A stretch of DNA of 32,000 nucleotides from Cuniculiplasma divulgatum (GTDB taxonomy: Archaea; Thermoplasmatota; Thermoplasmata; Thermoplasmatales; Thermoplasmataceae). Positions 1 through 9,539 of the stretch are shown piece by piece (the stretch's first letter is position 1; every line of letters starts with the position of its first letter). The position numbers and the translations under genes were made by a program. The notes beneath the pieces are model-generated. The model was not told the DNA's origin. It did not search any database and worked only from the letters and a program-made list of their open reading frames with translations. The DNA lies in the NCBI RefSeq assembly GCF_900083515.1, contig NZ_LT671858.1, positions 360,001 to 392,000 on the forward strand, given 5' to 3'.

Positions 1-133
1 CGTAGTACTTACCTTTCTAGTCCTATTCAATCTCTTTACTGCAATCTTCATAATTCCAAGCTTTGTCCATCTTTGAGGCTAAAAATTAAAGAAAAACATT
101 ATTAATTTTATTGAAATAGCCAGTTGATGCTTT

Positions 134-1588
134 ATGCTTAAGTTTGATCGCGTCAAGATTCAAGAGGAAGATCCAAAAGAGAGAAGCAAAAGCTTTACTA
201 TAGAGCCAATGAAAGAGTATACCACGGAGGAGGCAACAGCTGAAGCATCAAGATGTATTGGCTGCAACATATGTACGCAGGCTTGTCCCGCTAGTCTTGA
301 TATAGGTGCATATATAAACAGTACAGCTGTGGGTGATCCCGCCCAGACTGTAAGAATTGTTTTTGAGAATCTACCATTCCCTGCAATAATAGGGAGGGTT
401 TGTACGCATAATTGCGAGGATATATGCGTGATGTATGACACCGGTGGACCACTTGCTATAAGGCATTTAAAGAGATACGCGGCAGACCAATTTGATGATT
501 ATGGAAAAATATTAAATGTAAAGAAGAGGTCATTCATAAATAAGAGGGTTGCAGTCATAGGTGCAGGTCCAGCAGGATTAAGCGCTGCATACTATTTATC
601 AATTCAAGGAGTAAGGGTAACTGTCTTCGAGTCACTGCCCGTTATGGGTGGGTTCATGAGAGTTGGAATTCCACGTTATAGACTCCCATTTGAAGTTATT
701 GAAAAGGAAACTGGTTATATAACCTCAAATGGAGTTGAGGTTAAATTAAATACAAAGGTTGGAACGGATATCACATTCAAGGAGATCCTGAATAGTTATG
801 ACGCAGTATTTCTTGGGGTAGGTACACATAAACCAAGAATGACTGGTACACCAGGTAGCGATGCAAATAATCTAATGCATGCAACAGAGTTTCTTAGAAG
901 AACAGCGCTGGGTGAAAAGTTACCGGTGGGCAATAAGGTAATTGTGATAGGTGGTGGATTTACAGCGAACGATGCAGCAAGATCATCACTTAGACTGGGG
1001 GCCAATGAGATAAATATAATGTACAGAAGGAGAGAGGTAGATCGTCCTGGTTACCCTTCAATGAATGCAGATGAAGAAATGGAAGAATCTCTTGGTGAAA
1101 GTGTAAATTATATGTGGGAAGTGACCCCTTTTGAATACGTGAAGGAAGGGGATAGAATAGTTCAGGTCAAATACTGGAAAAACCAGATGGTTCAGGATAC
1201 AGGTGGTAGAGCCAAACCTGTACCACAGAAGGAAAAGACATTCACGATGGATGTGGACTTTGTGATTGAGGCAACAGGCCAGGAAACAGACTTCTCATTT
1301 CTGGGTGAGGAATATGCAAGGCAGCTACGCTTAACCCCTCATGGAGGAATAATTGTGGATCAGAGGGGAATGACAAGCATAGAAGGTGTATTCTCAGGAG
1401 GAGATTCCACCAACATGACCCACGATCTGATCAGCGCAGTTAGAGATGGAGACATCGCAACACTCGGAATTTTGGACTATCTTAATCTTATGGACAAGGT
1501 AAATGAAGAATACCTGCCACTCCTTGACAGATGGAAAAAATTCTCCCCTATGGCTGCAAAACTTGCCTACGCAGATAGAGTAAAATAA
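134..1588 (+). CDS. Glutamate synthase small-subunit (GltD)-like FAD/NAD(P) oxidoreductase with an N-terminal Fe-S cluster motif
   Basis: 484-aa ORF. It has a CxxCxxCxxxCP ferredoxin-type motif (CIGCNICTQACP), a dinucleotide-binding GxGxxG (VAVIGAGPAGLSAAYYL), a second Rossmann motif (VIVIGGGFTANDAA) and a C-terminal GGD motif (VFSGGDS). This layout is typical of the GltD/SudA family. The antisense ORFs inside it are shadows. Confidence 0.8.
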   Translation: MLKFDRVKIQEEDPKERSKSFTIEPMKEYTTEEATAEASRCIGCNICTQACPASLDIGAYINSTAVGDPAQTVRIVFENLPFPAIIGRVCTHNCEDICVMYDTGGPLAIRHLKRYAADQFDDYGKILNVKKRSFINKRVAVIGAGPAGLSAAYYLSIQGVRVTVFESLPVMGGFMRVGIPRYRLPFEVIEKETGYITSNGVEVKLNTKVGTDITFKEILNSYDAVFLGVGTHKPRMTGTPGSDANNLMHATEFLRRTALGEKLPVGNKVIVIGGGFTANDAARSSLRLGANEINIMYRRREVDRPGYPSMNADEEMEESLGESVNYMWEVTPFEYVKEGDRIVQVKYWKNQMVQDTGGRAKPVPQKEKTFTMDVDFVIEATGQETDFSFLGEEYARQLRLTPHGGIIVDQRGMTSIEGVFSGGDSTNMTHDLISAVRDGDIATLGILDYLNLMDKVNEEYLPLLDRWKKFSPMAAKLAYADRVK

Positions 1589-1698
1589 AAAATCAACAGC
1601 CTCTATTTAACACTTTTAAGAGTAAATAGATTGCATGGAGATAATCTTAGGGTAACAGCGACAATGTTTTTAATCTTCTATGTTTCTCTTCCGTCATA

Positions 1699-2259
1699 AT
1701 GAATGCCAATCGCAGGATACTGGTAATTGGATCGCCAGGTTCAGGAAAATCAACATTTTCAAGAGAATTATCAGAAATAAGATGCATTCCAATATACCAC
1801 CTTGATAAAATATTCTGGAAGAGTGGATGGAATCCAATACCAGAGGAAGAATTTAAAGATAAATTGATAAAAATACTGCAAACTAATGAATGGATAATGG
1901 ATGGAAATTATTCACAAAATCTGGTCATGAGAATGAAGTATGCACAGACAGTTATATTCCTGGATATACCATGGATATTGTGTACATTGAGGGTTATTAA
2001 GAGGAACATTCATAACAGACACAATACCAGGAAAGACATTACAGAAGGTTGTGAAGAAAAATTTGATCATGATTTTTATGAATTGCTAAAATTTATCAGA
2101 CATTTTCCAAAAACAGATAGGGTTAAAATAATAAAACTGCTGGAAGTCAATGCATATGAAAAAGAAATCATCATCTTCAGCAATTCAAAATCCGTGAAGC
2201 AATATCTTCAAAAAATAAAGAATGAGGAAGAAACATCAAAGATAGTTAAAGTTGCCTGA
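1699..2259 (+). CDS. P-loop nucleoside/nucleotide kinase-like protein (adenylate-kinase-related, FlaR 'topology modulation' type)
   Basis: 186-aa ORF with a Walker A motif (IGSPGSGKSTF). The pattern YHLDKIFW...GW...WIMDGNY...VIFLDIP matches my memory of the FlaR/AAA_18 small kinase family. Confidence 0.7.
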   Translation: MNANRRILVIGSPGSGKSTFSRELSEIRCIPIYHLDKIFWKSGWNPIPEEEFKDKLIKILQTNEWIMDGNYSQNLVMRMKYAQTVIFLDIPWILCTLRVIKRNIHNRHNTRKDITEGCEEKFDHDFYELLKFIRHFPKTDRVKIIKLLEVNAYEKEIIIFSNSKSVKQYLQKIKNEEETSKIVKVA

Positions 2260-2263
2260 TCAC

Positions 2264-3586
2264 TCACTCTACTGATATATGATCAAATCCGGTATAGGGT
2301 ATCAGCGCTTTTGGAATTTCTATTCTGTTTTCCGTTGAAAAGTTCTCCATTATGGCCACCATGATTCTTGTAGTGGCGATTGCCGTTCCATTGAGAGTGT
2401 GTACAAACTGATTGCCATCAGGCGTCCTGTATTTAATGTTGAGAGATCTTGCCTGGTAATCTGTGTCATTTGAGATTGAAGCAAGTTCTCTGAATTTACC
2501 CTGATGAGGGAACCATCCTTCTATGTCATACTTCTTTGCTGCAAGACTTCCAAGTTCACCAGAACAGACGTTTATTACCCTGAAAGGAATTTCAAGGCTC
2601 TGCAATAAATCCTCAGTGTTCTTTAGCAATTCCTCAAGGTAGTCCCAGGAATCCTCAGGCTTGCAGAATATGAACTGTTCGACTTTCTTGAAATAATGGA
2701 CCCTAAATATGCCCTTTGTATCCTTTCCATGTGCTCCTGCTTCCTTTCTGAAACATGGAGAGAAACCTGACACCTTTAAAGGCAGTTCATTTTGATCAAG
2801 AATCTCGTTCATTAGCATTGCAGCTATGGGATGCTCAGAGGTGGAAATAAGATACAGGTCCTCCCCTTCTATCTTATAAACGGCTTCATTAAACGTCCCT
2901 TCATCAGTAGCCTTCCATATGGAATTTCCATTGATCATAGGTGGTGGTTCCACTATTGAGAAGCCTCGCTGGCCAATGAAATCTATAGCATAGTTAACCA
3001 GTGCAAGCTCCAGTTTCACCAGTTGATTTCTGGAAATGTAAAATCTTGCACCGGATATTTTACCTGCTCTTTCAAGATCCACAAGATTCATTCGCTCAGA
3101 AAGATCAATATGGCTGTATGTATTTTCTATAATTTCATATTTTCCAGAATTTTCAGTAAATTTGTTAAATTCATCTAAACTGTCCCTCCTCACTTTAGCA
3201 TTTCCTGAAAATTTTATAAATTTGCTGTTTTCATCTCCAAAACATATGGGTACAGATTCATCCAGTAGATTTGGGATTCTGGATACTGTTATATCTCTTT
3301 CTTTCTCGATTTCAGATTGCTCACTTTCCAGTAACTTCAGTTCCTCGTTTAATTTCCTTACATCGTCCTTTATTGATTCTGTTTCCTCACCATTTTTAAC
3401 TTTTCTGGATACATCCATGCTGAGGGAATTTCTCTGTTTTCTCAGTTCATTAATTTTTTTAACGTTATCTCTCCATTTTTGATCCAGTGAAAAAAATCTT
3501 TCAATAAGACCCTGATCCCCCCCTCTTCCCTTGAGAGATTTGATGTATTGTTCAGGATCCTCTCTTAGCCTTTTTATGTCAATCAT
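2264..3586 (-). CDS. serS: Seryl-tRNA synthetase
   Basis: 440 aa. It has an N-terminal coiled-coil arm (MIDIKRLREDPE..., a Lys/Glu-rich helix) and class II motifs (FRVHYFKKVEQF; GTAIATTRIMVAIMEN). Confidence 0.93.
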   Translation of the reverse strand: MIDIKRLREDPEQYIKSLKGRGGDQGLIERFFSLDQKWRDNVKKINELRKQRNSLSMDVSRKVKNGEETESIKDDVRKLNEELKLLESEQSEIEKERDITVSRIPNLLDESVPICFGDENSKFIKFSGNAKVRRDSLDEFNKFTENSGKYEIIENTYSHIDLSERMNLVDLERAGKISGARFYISRNQLVKLELALVNYAIDFIGQRGFSIVEPPPMINGNSIWKATDEGTFNEAVYKIEGEDLYLISTSEHPIAAMLMNEILDQNELPLKVSGFSPCFRKEAGAHGKDTKGIFRVHYFKKVEQFIFCKPEDSWDYLEELLKNTEDLLQSLEIPFRVINVCSGELGSLAAKKYDIEGWFPHQGKFRELASISNDTDYQARSLNIKYRTPDGNQFVHTLNGTAIATTRIMVAIMENFSTENRIEIPKALIPYTGFDHISVE

Positions 3587-3680
3587 AAAACAAGGAAATA
3601 TAAAGGCTATATTAATATTGCATCATATTCCAGTTCATTCTTACTAAATTTCAGTCATCATGCCGTAAATATACAGAATC

Positions 3681-3968
3681 CTAAGATTCACCAAAGATCT
3701 TATGTCTTGGAGTTGATTCAAGTATTGACTTCCCATAATCTACAGTTTTTTCATAATCCATTGTTCTAAGGAAAGCTTCAAATGATTTTTTGTCTTTCCA
3801 TACCGTATATATCATATATTCTTCAGGTTTCTTAACCTCTCTATACAGTTTACCTTCAAGAAATCCATTATCTCCATTTTCCAGGATTTTTACAACTCCA
3901 TTGAATCTTTCTTCGAAATCTGCCTCGTGACCCTTCTTGACTTTATAGTAGAGGCCAACATTTATCAT
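3681..3968 (-). CDS. ABM (antibiotic biosynthesis monooxygenase / Dabb) domain protein
   Basis: 95 aa, with the size and pattern of the ferredoxin-like ABM fold (..YKVKKGHEADFEERF....YTVWKDKKSFEAF). A TATA-like tttatatata lies about 20-30 nt upstream of the ATG on the minus strand. Confidence 0.6.
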   Translation of the reverse strand: MINVGLYYKVKKGHEADFEERFNGVVKILENGDNGFLEGKLYREVKKPEEYMIYTVWKDKKSFEAFLRTMDYEKTVDYGKSILESTPRHKIFGES

Positions 3969-4011
3969 AGTTCACCATTTTGTTACATTATATATAAATT
4001 TTTTATTTCTA

Positions 4012-4035
4012 GAATCTATTAAAAAGAATAGATTC
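4012..4035. terminator. Perfect 9-bp stem / 6-nt loop hairpin between the CBS gene stop and the ABM gene promoter
   Basis: gaatctatt (4012-4020), aaaaag, aatagattc (4027-4035), with A/T runs on both sides. It lies 21 nt downstream of the stop of the minus-strand CBS gene. A terminator or processing function is inferred only. Confidence 0.35.
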
Positions 4036-4055
4036 AATTTGAACTCTCTCTAAAA

Positions 4056-4586
4056 TTACTCTATGTATCCGCAATCCTCCCTGTCACATCTGAAAAATTT
4101 GATTTCGCCGTTATCATTGTAAACAGGCTCAAGTTTTCCACTGTTGCATTTTGGGCAAATATAAGTGTACTCATTGGTTTTATGGGAAAACAGAACCTGA
4201 TATATAGACTCAGCGGAGAGGTATCTTGCGAGGTCTGTAATTGTCACCATCCCGATTATATTATTATTTTTGTCATAGACAGCGCATCGGGTAAGTGCAT
4301 TTTTCGATAGAAAAGCAGCAACATCCTTAACATCAAAATCTGAGGATACCTGTGGAATATGATGACGCATTATGTATTTCACTTTAAGGGAATCTGGTTT
4401 TACATTTCTCTGTATAAAACGTCTTAATAAACTTCTCTCGCTAATCATTCCAACATATTTGCCATCAGCATCAACTGCCATTAAGCCATAAACATGATTC
4501 TTATTCATCAACGCAGATGCATCAAAAACTGTTGCATCTTCACTTATGGTTTGTATATTTTTATCAACAATTTTTCCAACCTTCAT
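4056..4586 (-). CDS. CBS-pair domain protein with a C-terminal zinc ribbon
   Basis: 176 aa. There are two CBS-like repeats (..TISEDATVFDASALMNKNHVYGLMAVD.. and ..VSSDFDVKDVAAFLSKNALTRCAVYD..) followed by CPKC...(17)...CDREDC. Confidence 0.75.
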   Translation of the reverse strand: MKVGKIVDKNIQTISEDATVFDASALMNKNHVYGLMAVDADGKYVGMISERSLLRRFIQRNVKPDSLKVKYIMRHHIPQVSSDFDVKDVAAFLSKNALTRCAVYDKNNNIIGMVTITDLARYLSAESIYQVLFSHKTNEYTYICPKCNSGKLEPVYNDNGEIKFFRCDREDCGYIE

Positions 4587-4654
4587 AATACAATAAATGT
4601 CGTATTAGATAAAAATATTACTGAAATGAAAAATTTAAAAGAATTATCCGGCTT

Positions 4655-5329
4655 TTATAGCTTGCTCAGAGTAATAGGATCTTCTTCCTCACGGCTCTGG
4701 GACCAGGAATTTATTTCCCTGCTCCTGGCACTGTATGGACTATCGTCATACTGTGAATATCCTCTTCCTAGGGGTCTAAGTTCCTCCCTTTCTTCCGGTC
4801 TTATATCATAATTTCTTCCAGCAGGAATTCTGAATCTTCCCTGTTCCTTTGCAGTAGTGCTCATGGTGCCTCCCAAAAATGACGTCGAGTTGAAGATTAT
4901 TAGACTGCTTGGAAGTATGAGACCCATAGACATCAGCACACCATTAAAGGTTTCAGTGTAAACTATGAGATTTGAATATGCTGCAAGTGGTGCCTTCGAA
5001 AATGCATAAATTCCATCCTTCAAATAGTACCCGGCAAAACTAACCGCCTGTAATCCGGTAGAGATCATATAAAGGGACACGAATATAATGACTGCGGACA
5101 TAATAAGCGAAACTTCCATGGCATTCCTTGCACTGCCTGATTTCCGTCCAGCTACGTAACCTGAAAGAAGCGGTCCCCCTATGGGTATCCACCAGAGTAG
5201 AGCTATGGCTATTATGGAAGTCAAAAATCCATTCCTGATCTCATTTGCCTCTTTTTTACCGCCAAGATCAATCTCTGCCCTGCTGCCACGTAATTTGTTT
5301 GGCTTACCGATGGCTGACACTCGTCGCAT
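4655..5329 (-). CDS. Hypothetical integral membrane protein with a charged, Arg/Glu/Ser-rich C-terminal tail
   Basis: 224-aa ORF with about 4 hydrophobic helices (IIAIALLWWIPIGGPLL; LIMSAVIIFVSLYMI; etc.). I recognise no family. Confidence 0.6.
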   Translation of the reverse strand: MRRVSAIGKPNKLRGSRAEIDLGGKKEANEIRNGFLTSIIAIALLWWIPIGGPLLSGYVAGRKSGSARNAMEVSLIMSAVIIFVSLYMISTGLQAVSFAGYYLKDGIYAFSKAPLAAYSNLIVYTETFNGVLMSMGLILPSSLIIFNSTSFLGGTMSTTAKEQGRFRIPAGRNYDIRPEEREELRPLGRGYSQYDDSPYSARSREINSWSQSREEEDPITLSKL

Positions 5330-5380
5330 ACATAACTGACATCATGAAAGTATATTAATTTTATGTTTACAAAAAAATAA

Positions 5381-6013
5381 TCATTCATCCATCTGGTGAA
5401 GGCCTATGATCGACTGTACAAATCTTTCACCAGATGTTATGTAACCTGCGATAAAAAACCAGATCAGCAGTATGTTAATTGGGGTAAAGTCAATGTAAAA
5501 GTTATAACTGAATGGGAAAATTATCTCTATAATTAAAATTACCAGCATCAACACTAATCTGTCAGCTCTTCCAAGAACCCCACCATAGTTTCTCTTTAAG
5601 CCTAGGGCCTGAGCCTGAGTGCCAAGATAACTTGTCATGAAAACACCACCTAAGGCCAGAATCCCTATGTATATATTGCCGTAAAGTGAAAAAGCGAAAC
5701 CTGTTATCAAAGCTATATCTGAATATCTGTCGAAAGTGTGATCGAGCATGTCTCCAGCTTTGGAACTGATATTCTTCTTTCTCGCAACAAAACCGTCGAG
5801 TGCATCCAGTGTTGATGAAAGAAGTATTAGGATAAAAGCAAGGATAAGAAAGTAGGATGAAATTATCCTTCCACTGATTGCTATAAAAACACCAGCAAGA
5901 ACGGCAAACAGGAAAGAAACTTCAGTTAAGGTGTTTGGGTTAAATCGCATGAAGGGCTTACTTAGTTTATCGAGGATCGGATTAACAGTTCCTCTCATTG
6001 AATCAAGTGCCAT
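5381..6013 (-). CDS. CDP-alcohol phosphatidyltransferase family protein (archaeal polar-lipid head-group synthase; specific substrate not assignable)
   Basis: It has a complete D-G-x2-A-R-x8-G-x3-D-x3-D signature (DALDGFVARKKNISSKAGDMLDHTFD). The protein is 210 aa and polytopic. The start overlaps the upstream kinase gene by 11 nt. Confidence 0.88.
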   Translation of the reverse strand: MALDSMRGTVNPILDKLSKPFMRFNPNTLTEVSFLFAVLAGVFIAISGRIISSYFLILAFILILLSSTLDALDGFVARKKNISSKAGDMLDHTFDRYSDIALITGFAFSLYGNIYIGILALGGVFMTSYLGTQAQALGLKRNYGGVLGRADRLVLMLVILIIEIIFPFSYNFYIDFTPINILLIWFFIAGYITSGERFVQSIIGLHQMDE

Positions 6014-6482
6014 TGTGCTTCATCTCCATTTTCCTGATAAAGTTAACTGCATCAACCAAATTCTTACTCTCTTTATTATCATCTGTATTCAATCTCAGTA
6101 TCCTGTTCCGTGGATAGTTTTCGGTGCATTCATACCCAATACAGTCACTCATAAGACAGTCCATGTTTTCTGTAATTTTTTTCCTATTGTAACCCCTTTC
6201 CATCAATCTTTTTTCCAGAACTTCGGGTGAACATTCCATCAATATTACTGCAAAGGAAGGTAACAGGTGAGAATAATGGGAATCAAGTATTTTTCCCATG
6301 TCTGATCTTATCCACTGTATAAGACAATCAAGGTCGACCTCATCATTTTGAGTACAACCAACCTTAATAGAAAATTTGTTCAGATCTATAACTTCATAAC
6401 CGCTACTTGCAAGTAAATTACAGAGAGTGCTTTTTCCAGTGCCTGGAACTCCAGTTACGGAAATATTAAAATTCATATTCAT
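6003..6482 (-). CDS. Putative adenylate kinase AK6/Fap7-like P-loop NTPase
   Basis: Walker A motif ISVTGVPGTGKSTL, followed by the ...VDLD...ILDSHYSHLL...VILMECSPEVLEKRLMERGY..KKITEN pattern typical of archaeal Fap7 homologues. The track ORF extends to 6539. I place the start at the ATG at 6482 (MNMNFNISVTG), which overlaps the tiaS 3' end by 17 nt. Confidence 0.8.
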   Translation of the reverse strand: MNMNFNISVTGVPGTGKSTLCNLLASSGYEVIDLNKFSIKVGCTQNDEVDLDCLIQWIRSDMGKILDSHYSHLLPSFAVILMECSPEVLEKRLMERGYNRKKITENMDCLMSDCIGYECTENYPRNRILRLNTDDNKESKNLVDAVNFIRKMEMKHNGT

Positions 6483-7803
6483 TGCTCCTGAAAGATGCAT
6501 TCTCAAGTTTCCACGGCATGGAAAGATGTCTCCTTGCATAGGCTGGCGGTTCTAACTTCATTGTCATTCTCTGGTAATTGGTTTTCACGTATTCCGGTTC
6601 CATTACATTACCACACTTAATACACCTGTATTTTAGTGATCCAATGTTCGACGTCCTTGAACCACATCTACTGCATAATGGTGACCTTCGTTCGTATATG
6701 ATGGAGGGGTGAATCAGCTCAAGTTTTTCAATCTTAATTGTTCCCTTAGCATACGAACCAAATAATTTCACGTGATCTCCAATCTCTAATTTTTCAAGTT
6801 CATCTCTGAAGCCCTTTGAGGGCTCAAATGCAACTGCCTTAATATCAGTAACTCCATATTTAATTCCAAAGAACAGGTGTCCCCCCTCCTTCCTTAGAGG
6901 CAATTCATTTACATAGCCCGTAATCTCATAGGATGAAAGTTCCCTTAACTCCATACCTGATTCCAGCCTTAAAATATGATCGTCCGTTCCCTGATTGGTA
7001 GCAAATATCATGTAATTTCTATCAAAATCTGGAAATCTTGAATTGATTTCTTCCTGTATCTGAATCAGGTCATCAAATACAAGTCCCCTTATTCCATAAA
7101 TAACTGGTGTTCTATCCTTTGGAAAAAGGCATACCTTTCCTTCTTTCGTTTCCATATTGTTGAATGTACTGTCATAAGATTCCGCAATTTTTCCAATGGT
7201 TGTCTTAACCATGTCATCCACATACCCTCCCCTTGGATATTTGTAGTTAAGTAACTCATAGGTTGTCCTATTTCTATCCCACGCTATGGAAGAAACAGCG
7301 CCAATGATACCTCTTCCACTTCCTATCTTACGATATATTGAATCAGTTTTCTTCAAAATTTCTTCTATGTAATCCATTGGGATATCGCGTTCAAGTGCAT
7401 TCCTATAAATGTCGGTGTCAAATTTTTTGTTAGAAAAAACAATTCCAGGGTTTGTATTTGTTTGATTTTTCTCATAATATTCCTCAACAATGCCAACAAC
7501 CTGTTCTATCATTGAGTTATCATAGGTTTTAGGAAAATCCGGCTCCATTTCATTGTTTTGCAAACCTAGTGAAATCTTCTTACCATCGGACTTACCAATT
7601 ACTGTTTTAGTTTCTTCTGTTCTATTTCCAATTCTGATGCTGAGTGCACCATTCCCTCTTGTCTTATATTTCAGGTTTGGATTTAATCTAACAAGTCTTG
7701 GAAGCGAAATTATTCTATCTGCAAAGGTAGAAACTATTCTAAAGGCTATGTAAGTAGTGCAACCGGCGTTTCTGGAATCTGTATCATCTATGCCTATCCA
7801 CAT
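6466..7803 (-). CDS. tiaS: tRNA(Ile2) 2-agmatinylcytidine synthetase
   Basis: The N-terminus WIGIDDTDS..AGCTTY is characteristic of TiaS. It is 445 aa with a C-terminal zinc ribbon (CSRCGSRT...RCIKCG). The start codon directly abuts the uppS stop. Confidence 0.88.
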   Translation of the reverse strand: MWIGIDDTDSRNAGCTTYIAFRIVSTFADRIISLPRLVRLNPNLKYKTRGNGALSIRIGNRTEETKTVIGKSDGKKISLGLQNNEMEPDFPKTYDNSMIEQVVGIVEEYYEKNQTNTNPGIVFSNKKFDTDIYRNALERDIPMDYIEEILKKTDSIYRKIGSGRGIIGAVSSIAWDRNRTTYELLNYKYPRGGYVDDMVKTTIGKIAESYDSTFNNMETKEGKVCLFPKDRTPVIYGIRGLVFDDLIQIQEEINSRFPDFDRNYMIFATNQGTDDHILRLESGMELRELSSYEITGYVNELPLRKEGGHLFFGIKYGVTDIKAVAFEPSKGFRDELEKLEIGDHVKLFGSYAKGTIKIEKLELIHPSIIYERRSPLCSRCGSRTSNIGSLKYRCIKCGNVMEPEYVKTNYQRMTMKLEPPAYARRHLSMPWKLENASFRSNEYEF

Positions 7804-8583
7804 TCAGGTGCCAAACCTCCTTTTCCTGGTCTGATATGATCTCACGGCCCTCAGGAAATCTAGTTTTCTAAGTTCTGGCCAGAAAACATCGGAAAAGTAA
7901 AGCTCAGAATAAGCACCCTGCCATAAAAGGAAGTTTGAAACCCTTTCCTCCCCACTTGTTCTAAGGATCAAATCTGGGTCAGGGATAGTTCCATCATAGA
8001 GATATTTCCTGAAATTCTCTTCAGATATATCCTTCATTTCGATCTTACCGGATTTGTATTCTTCTGCTATCTTCCTTATGGCCTCTATTATTTCTTCTCT
8101 TCCCCCATACGCAACAGCAATATTGAGCTTATATCCGTCATAGTCTTTTGTCGCATCTTCGACTTTCCTGATAGAATCCTGCAGGAATTTTGGAAGCGTA
8201 TCAATGCTACCAATAATTTTTACCCTTATCTTATTTTTCAGGACTCTCTCATCGCTTATAAGATTCAGAAGTGAATTGCTGATCAGTGTGAAGAGGAATC
8301 TTACCTCATCATTGTCCCTCTTGAAATTTTCAGTGGAAAACGCGTAAACTGTAACTACTCTGGTTCCTATTTCCATGCACCATTCAAGAACTTCTTCAAG
8401 TTTTTCCTTACCCTTCACGTGACCAAGATTAGAATCCATTCCATGAGAACTGGCATACCTTCTGTTTCCATCTGTTATTATTCCCACATGATACGGTATA
8501 TTTCCATCTTTCTTTATCTGCTCCAGAAGTACTTTTTCATATATTTCTTCTGTCAGATCTCCTATCTTTCTGCTAAGGCTCAT
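7804..8583 (-). CDS. uppS: Undecaprenyl (cis-prenyl) diphosphate synthase
   Basis: Motifs GIITDGNRRYA, AFSTENFKR and RTSGEERVSNFLLWQGAYSELYF. The start overlaps the trm5 stop as ATGA. Confidence 0.93.
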   Translation of the reverse strand: MSLSRKIGDLTEEIYEKVLLEQIKKDGNIPYHVGIITDGNRRYASSHGMDSNLGHVKGKEKLEEVLEWCMEIGTRVVTVYAFSTENFKRDNDEVRFLFTLISNSLLNLISDERVLKNKIRVKIIGSIDTLPKFLQDSIRKVEDATKDYDGYKLNIAVAYGGREEIIEAIRKIAEEYKSGKIEMKDISEENFRKYLYDGTIPDPDLILRTSGEERVSNFLLWQGAYSELYFSDVFWPELRKLDFLRAVRSYQTRKRRFGT

Positions 8584-9539
8584 GTCGGGTCCCTCCTGTA
8601 CTGAAGGCTGTACATGGACTTACTCTTAGAATATCCATGAACGACTCTCTTGGTTTCCAGAAACATCCCTTTGCCGATAAAATATTCCATCTTTTCCTCT
8701 ATTGTCTCCTGGTCTTCCACCATATAGATATTTAATCTTCCCCCATCAGTCAATGATTCTATTATTTCATCAAGGGATTCATATTGATTTACAGGGTTAT
8801 TCATAATAATTCTATTGAATGGTTTTAGTTCTTTTATAATTTTATAAGAATTTCCTTCATGAACTTCAACATCTGATAGAAGTTTATTGATAGACAGGTT
8901 ATACTTCAGTAATTCCACTGCATCACTGTTTATGTCGCATGCTACAATTTTGCATTTAGTCCTTTTAGCTATATTAAGGCTGAAAGGGCCTATTCCAGCG
9001 AACATATCAAAAATATATTCTCCATCTGTAACATTCCTTGAAACCAGATACCTTTCAGTTGATAGTCTTGGTGAGAAATAGGCTTTCTTCACATCAACCT
9101 TCATTATAATGTTGTTCTCCCTGTACATTGTTACAGGGTTATCTTCTCCATATAGAAGTTTAAGATCCCTGAGTCTGGTTTCGCCCTTTATCCCCATGTC
9201 AAGATATATGGTTCTAATGTTTCCCTTTGATTTCAATATGAACTGTACCATGAAATCATGATCAATCCTCTTTCTTTCGTGAATGATTGCTATGTCTCCT
9301 ATAAGATCAAAGGAACCTGCATGGCCCTGTGGCATTATTTTCATTTCTCTGGGCTCGCATTCAATTACTATATTCTCTTCTTTCTCCACGTTTCTGCTGA
9401 CAGGAATGAGGATGTATTCCCCATCCCTTTTTATTTCAAATTGTGGCAAAAAAAAGTCTAGTTTTTTCAGCCTTTCTAAAGCTTTCTGGGCTCTTTCCTT
9501 CTCTATCCTTACGTGAATAACCTCACTCAGAAGAATCAC
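8580..9539 (-). CDS. trm5: tRNA (guanine37-N1)-methyltransferase Trm5 family (Trm5/Taw22-like)
   Basis: SAM-binding motif IFDMFAGIGPFSL, acidic residue VACDIN, and the IIMNNP catalytic-loop motif, in 319 aa. A GTG start at 9539 overlaps the hel308 3' end by 17 nt. Confidence 0.82.
   Translation of the reverse strand: MILLSEVIHVRIEKERAQKALERLKKLDFFLPQFEIKRDGEYILIPVSRNVEKEENIVIECEPREMKIMPQGHAGSFDLIGDIAIIHERKRIDHDFMVQFILKSKGNIRTIYLDMGIKGETRLRDLKLLYGEDNPVTMYRENNIIMKVDVKKAYFSPRLSTERYLVSRNVTDGEYIFDMFAGIGPFSLNIAKRTKCKIVACDINSDAVELLKYNLSINKLLSDVEVHEGNSYKIIKELKPFNRIIMNNPVNQYESLDEIIESLTDGGRLNIYMVEDQETIEEKMEYFIGKGMFLETKRVVHGYSKSKSMYSLQYRRDPT

Noticed and set aside
3631-3665. ATGATGA immediately followed by CTGA on the minus strand (complement of tcagtcatcat, about 3641-3651) in the serS upstream region, considered as C/D box elements.
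   Set aside because: The C-like and D-like boxes are directly adjacent with no guide spacer, and no properly spaced second box pair follows. The region is better explained as the serS promoter and the ABM gene's 3' flank.
6483-6539. An upstream extension of the AK6/Fap7-like ORF (MQGDIFPCRGNLRMHLSGA...), and likewise the 13738 start for the small membrane protein.
   Set aside because: Both extensions run deep into the preceding gene and add residues unlike the family N-terminus or a TM protein. The internal ATGs at 6482 and 13771 place the Walker A strand or the first TM helix at the expected distance from the start.
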